IMG/VR virus record: IMGVR_UViG_3300025621_000026
Location: 1-37,271 of that record
DNA from: a virus
Lineage: Duplodnaviria > Caudoviricetes
Strand: one strand, 5' to 3'
DNA length: 37,271 bases
Shown here: piece after piece, positions 24,462-34,709 of the stretch
Layout: each line of letters opens with the position of its first letter
Numbering within the stretch: the stretch's first letter is position 1
Position numbers and translations under genes: made by a program
The notes under the pieces: generated by a model
The model's input: the letters and a program-made list of their open reading frames with translations, nothing else
Told to the model about the DNA's origin: nothing
Databases searched by the model: none

Positions 24462-24886
24462 TGTATAAGCAATTTGATAAAGAACTATTCGCCAAGTACG
24501 ACGAGATGGGTAGGAGTATTGTTAAAGACTTTGTTAAAACCAAAGAAGTCAGAGCAGTCGATAACCCAGATAAGTATGGGATTGACTTGTTGTTATACAA
24601 AAATGATAGGTTAGTAGGTTTAGCTGAAGTTGAGGTGCGTAACTCGTGGAAGGGTTTAACATTCCCTTACGAAGATTTAAACGTACCCCAACGTAAGAAG
24701 AAGCTGCTGGATAACAATATCTTAACTTACTTCTTTTCTATCAATGCAGACGGAACAGCAATGTTTTACTGTAAAGCTAAGGAAGTGTTAAACTCTGAAC
24801 TTAAAGAGAGTGGTAACAAATACATAGCCTCTGGGGAACATTTTTATAAGGTTCCTGTTGATAAGTTGAAATATGTAGTGCTATAA
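24461..24886 (+). CDS. Putative PD-(D/E)xK-fold nuclease
   Basis: YGIDLLLY...AEVEVR pattern. Confidence 0.55.
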   Translation: MYKQFDKELFAKYDEMGRSIVKDFVKTKEVRAVDNPDKYGIDLLLYKNDRLVGLAEVEVRNSWKGLTFPYEDLNVPQRKKKLLDNNILTYFFSINADGTAMFYCKAKEVLNSELKESGNKYIASGEHFYKVPVDKLKYVVL

Positions 24887-24922
24887 AAAAAGCCCCTAGG
24901 CATCACTGCTTAGGGGCTTTTT
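24885..24922. terminator. Bidirectional rho-independent terminator between the convergent arms
   Basis: AAAAAAAGCCCCTAGGCA-TCAC-TGCTTAGGGGCTTTTT. Confidence 0.92.
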
Positions 24923-24925
24923 AGT

Positions 24926-26479
24926 TTATTGAGAAGAAGCTTTAACTGCTTCTACCAATGACCTGTATCCAGCGGGGTTAACTTCAGGAGCTTGTACTCT
25001 TCCTGCTAACATGTCAGATATTAGTTTTTGTGTTTGTTTTGATCTCATGGCTTGTTGCATCTTATCTGCCGCAAAACCACTACCAGAAACTAAAGCGGCT
25101 GAGATAGGATCGACAAAAGCAGCACCAAGAGTACCACCAGCTACGATTTGATTCCGTTGTGGGTTAAATCGAGCTACAAATGATAACAAAGCATCTTTAG
25201 TACCACTGTTAGCAGTTTGTCTAATTGCCTTTTGCTCGTCTGAATTAAATAAAGCCATCCGTCTCTTGTTAGAAGCTAGGTTAATCAACCCACGTCTAAT
25301 CAATTCACTTTCAGAAGCTTTTGGGTCTAATGCTTTTGCTTCAGCGACATCAAGAACATCCTCTAGTATTTGAGCACGAGATGCTACTTTCCATTTGTTA
25401 CGAGCAGTAGACAATGTTTTTAATGCTTCACCAACATTTTGTTTACCTGTGATAACATCAGTAGGTTTCAAACCAGCCATAAAGTTATCTATTGAGTTAA
25501 CAACATTACCAGCCAGCAACTTAGTAACAGGGTCTTTACTAAGTTTCATTTGGTTAGCTGCTTGCCGCATTTGATCTAACGTGTCAAACTTAACACGTTG
25601 TTGCCCAATCATCATTTTATACTGGTCTAACAAAGTAGCTACTGGCTTATGGTCAGGTAGCGCAGGATTAAAGTTAAATTCCTCTAAATCCTTACGAATT
25701 TTACTGACCATACCTAAAGCACTAAGAGGCTTAACAGTGATACCTGCGTTCTTTACCTCAGTATACGCTTCATTAGCTTGTTTTCGTACGTCTGCAATAG
25801 TAACAGGAGTGGGTAATGGTTGACCTGTTTTAATAGCTTTAGCAGTAGCACCACCAGCCATAACACCAGCAGCAATACCAGCAGCAATAGATAACACAGG
25901 GTTTTCTGTTGCCTGTGCTACATCTTCACTAACCATAGTAGCCACAGGAGCAGCTACACCAGCCGCTGCTGTCTGAGCACCTAGTTGTTGTGTTAACGGC
26001 GCTAAAGCCTGAGAACCTACCGCCTTAGCCAAAGAAGCCTCAGCGCCTACGCCTGTCATAGCCCCTACACCGCTTTGTACGGCTCTTTCTAACTGGTTCT
26101 GAGGCTCTGGTAACCCCGCACGAGTCATAAGCTGTTGTTGAGCCTCTGAGGGGAGTGGTAACTGATACTCTTTTTCCCTAATTGCAGTAGGGGTTAGAGA
26201 TGGGTTACGAAGACCCATATTAACAAGAGTGGTAGTAGCATCGCTGACCATACCCGGAATAGCGGTAACACCAGATATAGCACCACGGGCGGTTAGACCA
26301 ATCTGGCGACCTAACTCATCTAACATGCTAGTCTCTTCAGGCTGTTCAGTCGGTGTTGCTTCTTCGGGTTGGCTCATCATAGAAGAAGCAATTTCAGCTA
26401 ACCGAGTTGCTGCTTCAGAATCTCCAGCCGCATCAGCATTACGCAGAGCAGTCATTACTTCTTCATATGTGTATTCCAT
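24926..26479 (-). CDS. Putative internal virion/DNA ejection protein
   Basis: Last late gene; ALRNADAAGD N-terminus; Ala/Gly-rich hydrophobic segments. Confidence 0.6.
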   Translation of the reverse strand: MEYTYEEVMTALRNADAAGDSEAATRLAEIASSMMSQPEEATPTEQPEETSMLDELGRQIGLTARGAISGVTAIPGMVSDATTTLVNMGLRNPSLTPTAIREKEYQLPLPSEAQQQLMTRAGLPEPQNQLERAVQSGVGAMTGVGAEASLAKAVGSQALAPLTQQLGAQTAAAGVAAPVATMVSEDVAQATENPVLSIAAGIAAGVMAGGATAKAIKTGQPLPTPVTIADVRKQANEAYTEVKNAGITVKPLSALGMVSKIRKDLEEFNFNPALPDHKPVATLLDQYKMMIGQQRVKFDTLDQMRQAANQMKLSKDPVTKLLAGNVVNSIDNFMAGLKPTDVITGKQNVGEALKTLSTARNKWKVASRAQILEDVLDVAEAKALDPKASESELIRRGLINLASNKRRMALFNSDEQKAIRQTANSGTKDALLSFVARFNPQRNQIVAGGTLGAAFVDPISAALVSGSGFAADKMQQAMRSKQTQKLISDMLAGRVQAPEVNPAGYRSLVEAVKASSQ

Positions 26480-26482
26480 TAT

Positions 26483-27781
26483 TTACCTTTTCAAATACTT
26501 ATTAACCAATGCGCTATCTTCGGCATTAGGAACAACTCTTTTAGCTTTTGCTTCAGCTGCCGCAGCATCTCTTTCATCTGGGTTAATACCATTAAGAGTA
26601 TCCAGCCAGTTTTGGTAATGTTTTTTAATTTTTTCTATGTTAGCACGTAATTGGTCAGGAGATTGTTCTTGCTTTAAAGAAGCTACTGTACTTTGTAGGG
26701 CTATCAATTCTCGCTCTGATACTTGACCCAATGCACCGCCTGTAGGACTAGCATCACGCATAGCTTGAAGTTGGTCAAAGCCAAGGTTAGCTTGAATAGT
26801 CTCTAAGTTTGCCTCTAAGTCAACTGCTTCAGAACCAGCTAACTTTTTCATTACTACACCGCCCAGACCAGCAGTACTACCACCAACTTGAGAAAGAGCA
26901 GTGTCAATTGTGTTAATAATACCAGCAGCTTTGAAAGCATCTGCTTTATTCTTTTTCGTCTGAGCAGCCGCAGCATCCGAAACTTTTTTATCACCCTCGG
27001 CTATTTTTTGCTGTGCAATTTGAATATCAAGCTGTTTAGACATTAAATTCAAAGCAGCTAAAGCTGCTGGGTCTCCTTGATTAGCCCTTAAATCTAACTC
27101 TAATTTTCGAGTAGCCATTGCCTGTCGTTTAGCGGGGTCAGTGATGCCAGCTAAATCCATTTGCTTTTCAAAGGCAGACTTAGCTTCTGGTTTAGGCGCT
27201 TTACCTGCTAGTTCAGCCTTATTATATGCTCCCATAGCCGCAGTAAATTCCGATGATCCCGGTGTCAAACCTTCATCAATTAATTGTTGAGCGTATGGAG
27301 ATATTTTTTCTTTTTCTTCTTTTGTATAACGAACTAAATCGTTAACGTTTTTTGTCTTTTTATATTTAGCTACGCTCTCAGCTGTAAAATCTTTCAGTAA
27401 AGATATACTATTATCTGTAGGTTTTAATTTAGATGCTGCCTCACTCGCTTGTAAAGCCTCAGCCGTTAAACCAACAGCTTCAAACTCTTGTGCTACAGCG
27501 TTTAAAAAAGCTGCTCTATCTTTTGTATCTACACCACGAGCTTTAACTCTTTCAAGAGCCTCTCGCTTTTTAATAGCCTTCTCTTCCCTAGGGTCTTTAA
27601 CACCCGCAATCTTCTGCACCCCTTGCCCTAACATATTACCCATGTTACTACCCACGGTAGCTAAGAAAGCCTGTGGGGTAGTAGCTTGACCTAACTGTTG
27701 TTGGAAAAGCTGTTGTTGTTTCATCTGTTCAGCACGTGGATCATACCCGCCTGTTAACATGCTATAAATATCTGTAGCCAT
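26483..27781 (-). CDS. Putative internal virion/DNA ejection protein
   Basis: Helical; LQAMRDASPTGGALGQVSERE motif; position in the late arm. Confidence 0.6.
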   Translation of the reverse strand: MATDIYSMLTGGYDPRAEQMKQQQLFQQQLGQATTPQAFLATVGSNMGNMLGQGVQKIAGVKDPREEKAIKKREALERVKARGVDTKDRAAFLNAVAQEFEAVGLTAEALQASEAASKLKPTDNSISLLKDFTAESVAKYKKTKNVNDLVRYTKEEKEKISPYAQQLIDEGLTPGSSEFTAAMGAYNKAELAGKAPKPEAKSAFEKQMDLAGITDPAKRQAMATRKLELDLRANQGDPAALAALNLMSKQLDIQIAQQKIAEGDKKVSDAAAAQTKKNKADAFKAAGIINTIDTALSQVGGSTAGLGGVVMKKLAGSEAVDLEANLETIQANLGFDQLQAMRDASPTGGALGQVSERELIALQSTVASLKQEQSPDQLRANIEKIKKHYQNWLDTLNGINPDERDAAAAEAKAKRVVPNAEDSALVNKYLKR

Positions 27782-27790
27782 TATGTCTCC

Positions 27791-29023
27791 TTATACATCA
27801 AAGGGGTTGCGTTGTACCCCGAGGCTGTTTAACTGGTTTAACTGGGATGCGGTAACAACAGGTGCTGGATTATTATTACTGTTAGTACTTGGATTTATCT
27901 GGTTGTTCAGCCTATTCATACCCATATTCATCAAGTTATTACCAAAAGCAGCGCCAGCATAAGCAGAGCCGGGAATAAGTGGGTTAGATGGCGTAGTGGC
28001 CTGATACTGTAATTGATTACCCTGCAACCCTGTTAGCCCTGTCTGTTGACGTTGATACGCTTCCTGACCACCTGTAAGCATTGCTTGAGGAGTACGTAGA
28101 GCACCTTGACCGTATGTTTGAGCCGCTGCACCTAAGTTGCTGTAGACGTTACCCATACCAGTACCATAGATACCAGCTTGCACTGCACCTGCTTGAGCCT
28201 GTTGAGCACCTAGGTTACCACCTAGTGTAAGTTGACCCATACCGTATTGTTCTGGAGCTTGTCCCGCATTGAACAACCCCTGTGTATATTGCAGTTGGTT
28301 AGCTTGTTGTGTTTGACCAGCTTGTGTAGCATTAGCGGCAATCTGAGCGTCAGCCTGAGCACGAGCACGATCCCTTTGGAATTGCTCTTGGTTAACATAA
28401 CCGCCTACACCTGCACCAGCGGCCTCAGAGGAAATACCCATTCCAATACGACCTCGACTGAGCTGTTGGTTACGTAGGGCTAAATCTTCTGCCGTGCGCT
28501 GAGGCTGTAACAACCCCTGCTGTTGTGTCATGTACGCTTTGGCGGCTGCTTCAGGAGTGGCTGTTAGACCACCTGCTGCTGTCTGTGCTGTGCCATACAA
28601 GCTCTTCTGATACGCTTGCATTTCAGGAGATAGGTTAAACCCTGCTGCACCTGTGTCCTTATCAAAGAAAGTACCGCCAGTAGCTGTTTTGATTGAGTAT
28701 GGACGGAAATTAGCCATCTCAGACATCTTAGCGGTATCAGCTAACTGACTCTGAGCAATCTCTGTCTGTACGTTACCAATAGCATTGGCAGCTCGTTCTT
28801 GAGCTTGAGCTAGAGTGATTAGACCAGCATCATAGTCAGCAAACGCTTGGTCTGCTACTGATCGTTGGATGCCTGTGTCTTGACGTAGAAGCTGGCGTAC
28901 TCGCTGTTCTTCTGCTAAACGTAAGGCATCTGATGCTGCTTGAGCGTCTGATGCCTTACCTGCTGCGCTACTTGTTAATAAACCACCTACTAAAGCGGGG
29001 GCAACGGTTGTAAGTAAACTCAT
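27791..29023 (-). CDS. Putative DNA pilot/ejection protein
   Basis: Hydrophobic Gly/Ala N-terminus, Q/A/G-rich; start moved to 29023 (TAATG coupling). Confidence 0.6.
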   Translation of the reverse strand: MSLLTTVAPALVGGLLTSSAAGKASDAQAASDALRLAEEQRVRQLLRQDTGIQRSVADQAFADYDAGLITLAQAQERAANAIGNVQTEIAQSQLADTAKMSEMANFRPYSIKTATGGTFFDKDTGAAGFNLSPEMQAYQKSLYGTAQTAAGGLTATPEAAAKAYMTQQQGLLQPQRTAEDLALRNQQLSRGRIGMGISSEAAGAGVGGYVNQEQFQRDRARAQADAQIAANATQAGQTQQANQLQYTQGLFNAGQAPEQYGMGQLTLGGNLGAQQAQAGAVQAGIYGTGMGNVYSNLGAAAQTYGQGALRTPQAMLTGGQEAYQRQQTGLTGLQGNQLQYQATTPSNPLIPGSAYAGAAFGNNLMNMGMNRLNNQINPSTNSNNNPAPVVTASQLNQLNSLGVQRNPFDV

Positions 29024-29613
29024 TATACTGTCCTCTTCCACATTTTAACAACCACATAGGGCTGTACGTTGGTATTAACCCCACCAGTAGCTACAGTGGC
29101 TGTGCCTGTTGTTAATGAATCTGTTCCTGTCGCTGCTGTCACGGAGTGTGTGTGAGTTGATGTTGCAATGTCTTTACTACCACCAGTTTCTTCTAACGTG
29201 TTAAACAAAGCATCTGTAGCATCTTGACCCACAATAACCTTACCAACACCAAACTCTACCCATGTACCAAAGCCCAACAAAGTAGCTGGGTTAGTGCCTA
29301 AGGTAGAAATATACAAAGCACCTACTGGGTAAATAACCTGAGCGACAAGCCCGGCATACGCAGAGGTGTTTTGGAAGGCCGCATTAACAAAAGCTGTTGT
29401 AGCTATTTGTGTTGTCTGTGTACCTACTGTAGCTGTCGGTGCTAGTGGAACCCCTGTAAAGTTAGGGCTAATTGCGTTTGACTTACTGTTAACTGCTGTT
29501 TGAATAGCGTTGAACTCATCGTCAAATTCCGTACCCTTGATGATCTTATCTGGATCACTAGGAAGGAGGGCATCCTTCGCAGCAAAGTTTGTAGCCTTAG
29601 TATATTGAGCCAT
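29023..29613 (-). CDS. Tail structural protein
   Basis: YTKATNFAAKD..IIKGTEFDDEF; IYPVGALYI..NPATLLGFGTW; VQPYVVVKMWKRT. Confidence 0.7.
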   Translation of the reverse strand: MAQYTKATNFAAKDALLPSDPDKIIKGTEFDDEFNAIQTAVNSKSNAISPNFTGVPLAPTATVGTQTTQIATTAFVNAAFQNTSAYAGLVAQVIYPVGALYISTLGTNPATLLGFGTWVEFGVGKVIVGQDATDALFNTLEETGGSKDIATSTHTHSVTAATGTDSLTTGTATVATGGVNTNVQPYVVVKMWKRTV

Positions 29614-31335
29614 TTATTCTGTCCTTCCGCCTTTAATGAAAACATCTATTTTTTGTACTGAGAGTTCTGCGTTGTTAACATCAGATTCAAAGCCAATTTG
29701 AATAGTAGAGCCGTAACCTCCCACGCTACTCCTAATCTTTTCTAACACAATGCCTTTTGAAAACTCACTATAATCTGTAACAGTAAAAGAAGTTTCCCAT
29801 GTGCTTGTTACATCTGTCCACGCTGAGCCACTCCACTGATAAACATTGTTGTCATCTGTTGTCATGTAGGCATCCCCTGTATTAGGAGCACCGGGTAGCG
29901 AAGCGTAGTTAGCAACCACACCTTTAAACTCTGAGTAAGTAACAAACTTGTCTACGTTATACTCAAAGATTTCTCCAGCTTTCAACACAAAAGGATATGA
30001 ACGATAAGCTCCAGAGTAATCCGTTGCTACTTTAATAGTAAACTGTTGGTTAGCTCCTCCTAGGATAGTAGCGCTAATCTTCTTTATAATCTTGTTAGTA
30101 GTAGGTGAACCAAAGTCAAAGTAGTGAGAGTAGTAACGAACCCTATAAGAAGCCGTATTATCTGTGTAACCTATGTACTTCCCAATGCCGTTAACCTTAC
30201 CAATTAACACATCCCTGTTGCGTAAGCGTAGGAAAGAATCAGCCTCGTATTGGTTCCAAATAGTAACACGAGACGCTCCGTTCTCTAATGCACTACGCAT
30301 GTCTAAACAAAAGACAGTCTTAATAGAAGGGAAAGATAGCAGGTAGAAAGCATTGATCTCAGAGTAAACACTAGATATATTGTCTAGGTTACCCGCCAAA
30401 GAAGCCTCTGTGTTAAGATCATCTAACAAATCATCTCGGACATTAACTGTCAAATCTCGCATAGGCAAGCTCTTCTCTTGGAGGAGGCGACCTAAGCTAC
30501 GAACACCAGTGTCAGAGAGGAAGATTAAGTCAGTACCTGTATTCTGTACACTCTTGTGAGCCACACAACCGACACCAACAATAATATCCTGTAAAGCAAA
30601 GTCGATGGATATTGGGTTATCAGCACCTGAGTAGATGACAATATGATGGCGACAGAAGATGATTAAGAAGTTATTATGTGCCGCTATGGATATGATGTCA
30701 TCAGTGTTATCAGGTAGCACCGAGGCAATGTTTAAGGAGCCGCTAGAGCCTCCATTGAAGGCAGGGAAAGCAGTATCTACAATGTCAGTAGACCAGTAGA
30801 CAGCATTCTTAGTAAACGACCAGTAGCGACCCCAAGCCGCTATAACACCATTAGGATACGCTGTACCAAAGTTTTGAGTAACGCCTGTGTATGTTGTTAT
30901 TGTTTTAACTACAGGAGTTGCTACTGAGCTGTAGATAAGAGGCTCTTGGCCTTCTTGCACCAATATAGAAGTGTCGTTTAAGTTAGCACCACTCCAGTTG
31001 TCACTTGTAATTGTGTATGCTGCTGGAGTAACATCTGTCAGAACCTCACCAACACCACCAGTAAAAACCTTGTTGTTACCCGCAGAGAGGATGTCTAAGC
31101 TATCGTCAGCATTAACATGCTCCAACATAAACTTAATAGGTTCTCCGCTAAGTTGGGCAGAGCCTGTGGTGGTTTGCATTGTCCACCCCTTACGTGCCCC
31201 TAGACGCCCATACTTATCAATAATAACATTGTCAGCTACTTCCGCAAAGTTGGGAGATAAGGTAACACCACTCTCTTGGGTGTTTAAACCGAAGAAACCG
31301 GGTGTTACAATGGAAAGAGCTTCAAGTTGTTTCAT
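29614..31335 (-). CDS. Tail tubular protein B / nozzle (DNA stabilisation protein)
   Basis: PGFFGLNTQ, DLIFLSDTGVRSL; beta-rich; follows the adaptor gene; start moved to 31335. Confidence 0.75.
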   Translation of the reverse strand: MKQLEALSIVTPGFFGLNTQESGVTLSPNFAEVADNVIIDKYGRLGARKGWTMQTTTGSAQLSGEPIKFMLEHVNADDSLDILSAGNNKVFTGGVGEVLTDVTPAAYTITSDNWSGANLNDTSILVQEGQEPLIYSSVATPVVKTITTYTGVTQNFGTAYPNGVIAAWGRYWSFTKNAVYWSTDIVDTAFPAFNGGSSGSLNIASVLPDNTDDIISIAAHNNFLIIFCRHHIVIYSGADNPISIDFALQDIIVGVGCVAHKSVQNTGTDLIFLSDTGVRSLGRLLQEKSLPMRDLTVNVRDDLLDDLNTEASLAGNLDNISSVYSEINAFYLLSFPSIKTVFCLDMRSALENGASRVTIWNQYEADSFLRLRNRDVLIGKVNGIGKYIGYTDNTASYRVRYYSHYFDFGSPTTNKIIKKISATILGGANQQFTIKVATDYSGAYRSYPFVLKAGEIFEYNVDKFVTYSEFKGVVANYASLPGAPNTGDAYMTTDDNNVYQWSGSAWTDVTSTWETSFTVTDYSEFSKGIVLEKIRSSVGGYGSTIQIGFESDVNNAELSVQKIDVFIKGGRTE

Positions 31336-31991
31336 ACTGTATACCACACCACTTCTTCAGGGTGACGATTAGCGTCCATAGCAATCTCGTCAGCCAAGGC
31401 TATCTCAGCAGACTTATAGGCATTGATACTCTGTTGTCCACCATCCTCACCACGCTCCTCTAAGGCCATCGCAGTGGCTAACAGGATAATAGGTCGTGTA
31501 GGGATATAGATACGATCTGAGTCATTAACTAACACTTGGTTACGCAAGACCACGTTAAAACGGGTGACATACACACCATCAGGGATCGGGTAGACATCAA
31601 CTAAGGTGTCCCCATCATCACTGACGCCGTTAAAGGTGTAATACTGAGGAGAACCTGTAGGTGGGTTCTCTAGCATATAAGCCTTGTTAAACCAGCTAGA
31701 AGTTTGATACTGTAGCTCATTCCTAGAGGTAGCATCCCAAGCATCTAACACTTCAAAGTTATTACTACTACCTTGAATCTCGTAGTTAAAAGCCCCTGCT
31801 GTTGTGTTACCTGAAAGTGTCTGACGTAAGCCACCCCACTTCCAAGCTACCTCAGCCTGACTTTTAGCCTCGTTAACAAAGTCACCAATCAGACGAGCAT
31901 AACTGTTTGAGTTACCTTCACCCTGTACTGTGTCAACCGTGCTTTCTCGCAGTCGCCGTAAAACACTATTTACTGCTTCAACATATGTCAT
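31332..31991 (-). CDS. Tail tubular protein A / head-tail adaptor
   Basis: MTYVEAVNSVLRRLRE, VYPIPDG.Y, ERGEDGG. Confidence 0.75.
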   Translation of the reverse strand: MTYVEAVNSVLRRLRESTVDTVQGEGNSNSYARLIGDFVNEAKSQAEVAWKWGGLRQTLSGNTTAGAFNYEIQGSSNNFEVLDAWDATSRNELQYQTSSWFNKAYMLENPPTGSPQYYTFNGVSDDGDTLVDVYPIPDGVYVTRFNVVLRNQVLVNDSDRIYIPTRPIILLATAMALEERGEDGGQQSINAYKSAEIALADEIAMDANRHPEEVVWYTV

Positions 31992-32011
31992 TATGTATTC
32001 CTTTTGTAGTT

Positions 32012-32040
32012 ATTATACCACACTTTTTATCTTTTGTCAA
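32012..32040 (-). promoter_or_regulatory. Sigma70-type promoter for the tail/ejection operon
   Basis: TTGACA-AAAGATAAAAAGTGTGG(17)-TATAAT. Confidence 0.85.
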
Positions 32041-32043
32041 GGG

Positions 32044-33093
32044 TTAAACTACCGCACCACCATAATAACCACCGTTTGAAGGATCAACATCTATTGTTCC
32101 CGGGCCACCTCGGGCTATTAAATTATTGATACCTACCATACGCATTTCTCTTTCAGCCTTGGTTTCATTCTCTAAAAAAGCAATCTGCGCAGGTGTTAAC
32201 CCAGTACCATAACCATCACCACCACCTCCACCCATTACAGCGTTATATTGAGCTTGTTGTTGTTGTTGTGCCGCCTGTGCCTGAGCAGCATACTGAGCTT
32301 CCAAGTCTGAACGCAGTTGAGACAAATCAGTCCGTGGAGCAGATAAGTACCCTTGGTTAATATCACGCACACCTTGAACAGAACTAAACAAACTAGAGAT
32401 GTCTGAGGGTACTGGTGACTGGAAACCTGTGCTCATCATACCCGGTGTATCTACACCTTGGACAGGTTGAGGACGTAAGGTTGGGACAACACCGGGAGAC
32501 GCTTGTGTCATGGGTTGTTGTGAATAAAAATTAATAGGTGCTTTACCCTGTATCCCTAAGTAATCATTTACAGCGTTATTAGCAACACTGGGGGCAGTTC
32601 CCATAGATTGCGTGAACAAACTGGCTACTTGGTTTGGTGTTAACCCTAGCTCTTGTCTCCGTGCGTCTATTAATCCTGATACATCTTCACCAGCAGCTAT
32701 ACGCCGTTGCATGTCTTCAAAGTAAAGTGCGGATGCATCTAGCTGTTCAGGTGTAAACTGAGTCCCTTGGTTAGTTAACATAGTTCCCGTAGTAGCTGAC
32801 CCCATGTTATTAACAACATCTTGGAAACCAACTTCGCCAAACCTCTGCTGATTAATTAGATTTTGCTCTTCAACAGTAGGCGCATAATTAGCAACAAACT
32901 GAGTAAGAGGGTTTGTAGCGTCAGTTTGTGCCGCATAAGCAGCTGTTGCACCGGGGTCTAATTCTAGTACTTGATCAACTTGCTCAAATGGAATGTTGTT
33001 TTGCCGTGCGTAGTTAAGCAGTATCTCTCTAACATCAGTACCTTCAGGGGTTAACCGTTGAGCTTCTGCAATAATTTCTTCTCTAGTAGCCAT
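32044..33093 (-). CDS. Hypothetical late protein (Q/P/G-rich)
   Basis: GGAG RBS before ATG 33093. Confidence 0.7.
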   Translation of the reverse strand: MATREEIIAEAQRLTPEGTDVREILLNYARQNNIPFEQVDQVLELDPGATAAYAAQTDATNPLTQFVANYAPTVEEQNLINQQRFGEVGFQDVVNNMGSATTGTMLTNQGTQFTPEQLDASALYFEDMQRRIAAGEDVSGLIDARRQELGLTPNQVASLFTQSMGTAPSVANNAVNDYLGIQGKAPINFYSQQPMTQASPGVVPTLRPQPVQGVDTPGMMSTGFQSPVPSDISSLFSSVQGVRDINQGYLSAPRTDLSQLRSDLEAQYAAQAQAAQQQQQAQYNAVMGGGGGDGYGTGLTPAQIAFLENETKAEREMRMVGINNLIARGGPGTIDVDPSNGGYYGGAVV

Positions 33094-33094
33094 A

Positions 33095-33442
33095 TTATTC
33101 TCCGTCAAAAGCTAAAACAGCTTGTTCTTTTCTTAAATCAAAAGAAGCCATGGCATTCATTAAAGAACCAGCTTCTGTTAAAATTTGGAGTGAATCTCCG
33201 CTTTGCATTACCATGCTATCGCTAAACTGTATATAGTTGTTAGCAGTTAATACATATCCAGTTATAATGTAAATCTTATGGGTAATGTCGTGAGCGTGTT
33301 GCCAATAAATACTAACAGTTTTATTGTTACCCTGTCGGTTACTAACAAAAAGCGTACTAACCTCAGCTTTATAACCAGCAGGAACTTTGAACAACTCTGT
33401 TAACGTATCGGGTTGTATTACTTTACCTACTGAATGTCTCAT
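33095..33442 (-). CDS. Small beta-rich putative virion protein
   Basis: LFKVPAG, VSN, MQSGDSLQI pattern. Confidence 0.6.
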   Translation of the reverse strand: MRHSVGKVIQPDTLTELFKVPAGYKAEVSTLFVSNRQGNNKTVSIYWQHAHDITHKIYIITGYVLTANNYIQFSDSMVMQSGDSLQILTEAGSLMNAMASFDLRKEQAVLAFDGE

Positions 33443-33501
33443 TTCTTCTTCTTCTTATTCTGTTTTGAACGCCCATTACGTTCTGGTAATTTTCTATTCA
33501 T
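33439..33501 (-). CDS. 20-aa Lys/Arg-rich microprotein (not in ORF track)
   Basis: MNRKLPERNGRSKQNKKKKK; ATGA-coupled on both sides. Confidence 0.55.
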   Translation of the reverse strand: MNRKLPERNGRSKQNKKKKK

Positions 33502-33941
33502 AGTTGACCTTTCGTTACAATAAGCCAGATTATACCAGCTATAATGACTACCCCTGTTACAACAGAAGCGATAATTAAGAATCCATTAATCCAAGCCCAC
33601 ATCAACTCTTTACGTTTCATCTGGGCTAAAACAATCTCTCTAGCCTCAGCATTACGTTTACGCTTGGCCTCAGCTTGAAACTTTAACCAATCATCCCACA
33701 AGCCCGGTCTGCCTTGGTAGATGAACATCTCTTGTAGGTCTTTTTCATTTTGCTTAATCTGTTCGAGAGCAAAGAAAGCCTCAGAGTCTGATCCCGACTG
33801 ACTAGCTTTCTGGACTAACTTACTCTTGTTATCAAAGAACTTAAAGATGTGCTGACCAGCTGCCATAATGTCACCACCGTTGGCTATGGTTTCTTTAATC
33901 ACACCAAAGGCAGCATTGGCTATCGCTAGTTCAGCAAGCAT
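33498..33941 (-). CDS. Membrane protein with C-terminal TM helix
   Basis: MLAELAIANAAF start at 33941; hydrophobic C-terminus. Confidence 0.7.
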   Translation of the reverse strand: MLAELAIANAAFGVIKETIANGGDIMAAGQHIFKFFDNKSKLVQKASQSGSDSEAFFALEQIKQNEKDLQEMFIYQGRPGLWDDWLKFQAEAKRKRNAEAREIVLAQMKRKELMWAWINGFLIIASVVTGVVIIAGIIWLIVTKGQL

Positions 33942-33942
33942 G

Positions 33943-34164
33943 TTATTTCCTATATTCTGCAATCATAAACGAGAAAGCGGTAACAACACCAGCAATCCAA
34001 AGTAAGGGTTTAGCCGCCCTAGCAATCCATTCTAAAACTGTAAAAGCCCCTTCGGCGGCAGAGAAGGCTTTAACCACATTCTCTGTCTCCTCATTTAGCT
34101 TATCCACCTTAGTCTCGACTGCCAGTAACCTTTCATATATTTCTTTATGGGTTACTTCTGCCAT
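33943..34164 (-). CDS. Small coiled-coil plus TM protein (holin-like)
   Basis: ERLLAVETKVDKL followed by a hydrophobic helix. Confidence 0.6.
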   Translation of the reverse strand: MAEVTHKEIYERLLAVETKVDKLNEETENVVKAFSAAEGAFTVLEWIARAAKPLLWIAGVVTAFSFMIAEYRK

Positions 34165-34166
34165 GA

Positions 34167-34679
34167 TTATTCAGGCTTTTCAGGCCACGTGATGTCGTTA
34201 GGAAAGCCCGCCTGTGCGCTTACGTCACGCAAGGCTTGTCGGTAGGTTGCCCATTCAGTTGCCACCCCTGTGCCACCCTCAAAGGCTTTGATAGCCATCC
34301 AGTCGCATGAGGCGATTAAGCCATCACGGGTAGCACGGGCGGCATTAGCGGCCTCTGCATCCTTAGTGGCTGTGTACGCTTGTTCCTGCTCTGCCTTGGT
34401 GACAGTCACACCCTCGTCATTAACATAGTCAGCGAACATATCACGCTCGACATACGCTTCCACCCAGTTGCCATTGGCATCCTGAGTAACACCATTACGA
34501 CTGACCACCTTGTACTCACCAGAAGCCGCTGGAGCAGGAGCCGCCAACACTGGGTCAATTCCTAAGAATTCACAGATGTCAGCAGTCCATACCCGAGGCA
34601 GGGATGTGTTGGGCATTGAGCGGCGAATCTCGCCTTGAGTTTTTACAGCACCACTGGTGCGATTACGATATTCAGACAT
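34167..34679 (-). CDS. Tail fibre assembly chaperone
   Basis: RATRDGLIASCDW...WATYRQALRDV..Q.GFP..I.WPEKP. Confidence 0.82.
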   Translation of the reverse strand: MSEYRNRTSGAVKTQGEIRRSMPNTSLPRVWTADICEFLGIDPVLAAPAPAASGEYKVVSRNGVTQDANGNWVEAYVERDMFADYVNDEGVTVTKAEQEQAYTATKDAEAANAARATRDGLIASCDWMAIKAFEGGTGVATEWATYRQALRDVSAQAGFPNDITWPEKPE

Positions 34680-34709
34680 GATATTGATCCTTTAAAAGTC
34701 TGTTGAGGG

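Noticed and set aside
9220-24886. Phage RNA polymerase, integrase/repressor, or modified-base pathway
   Set aside because: No ORF of suitable size or motif content found.
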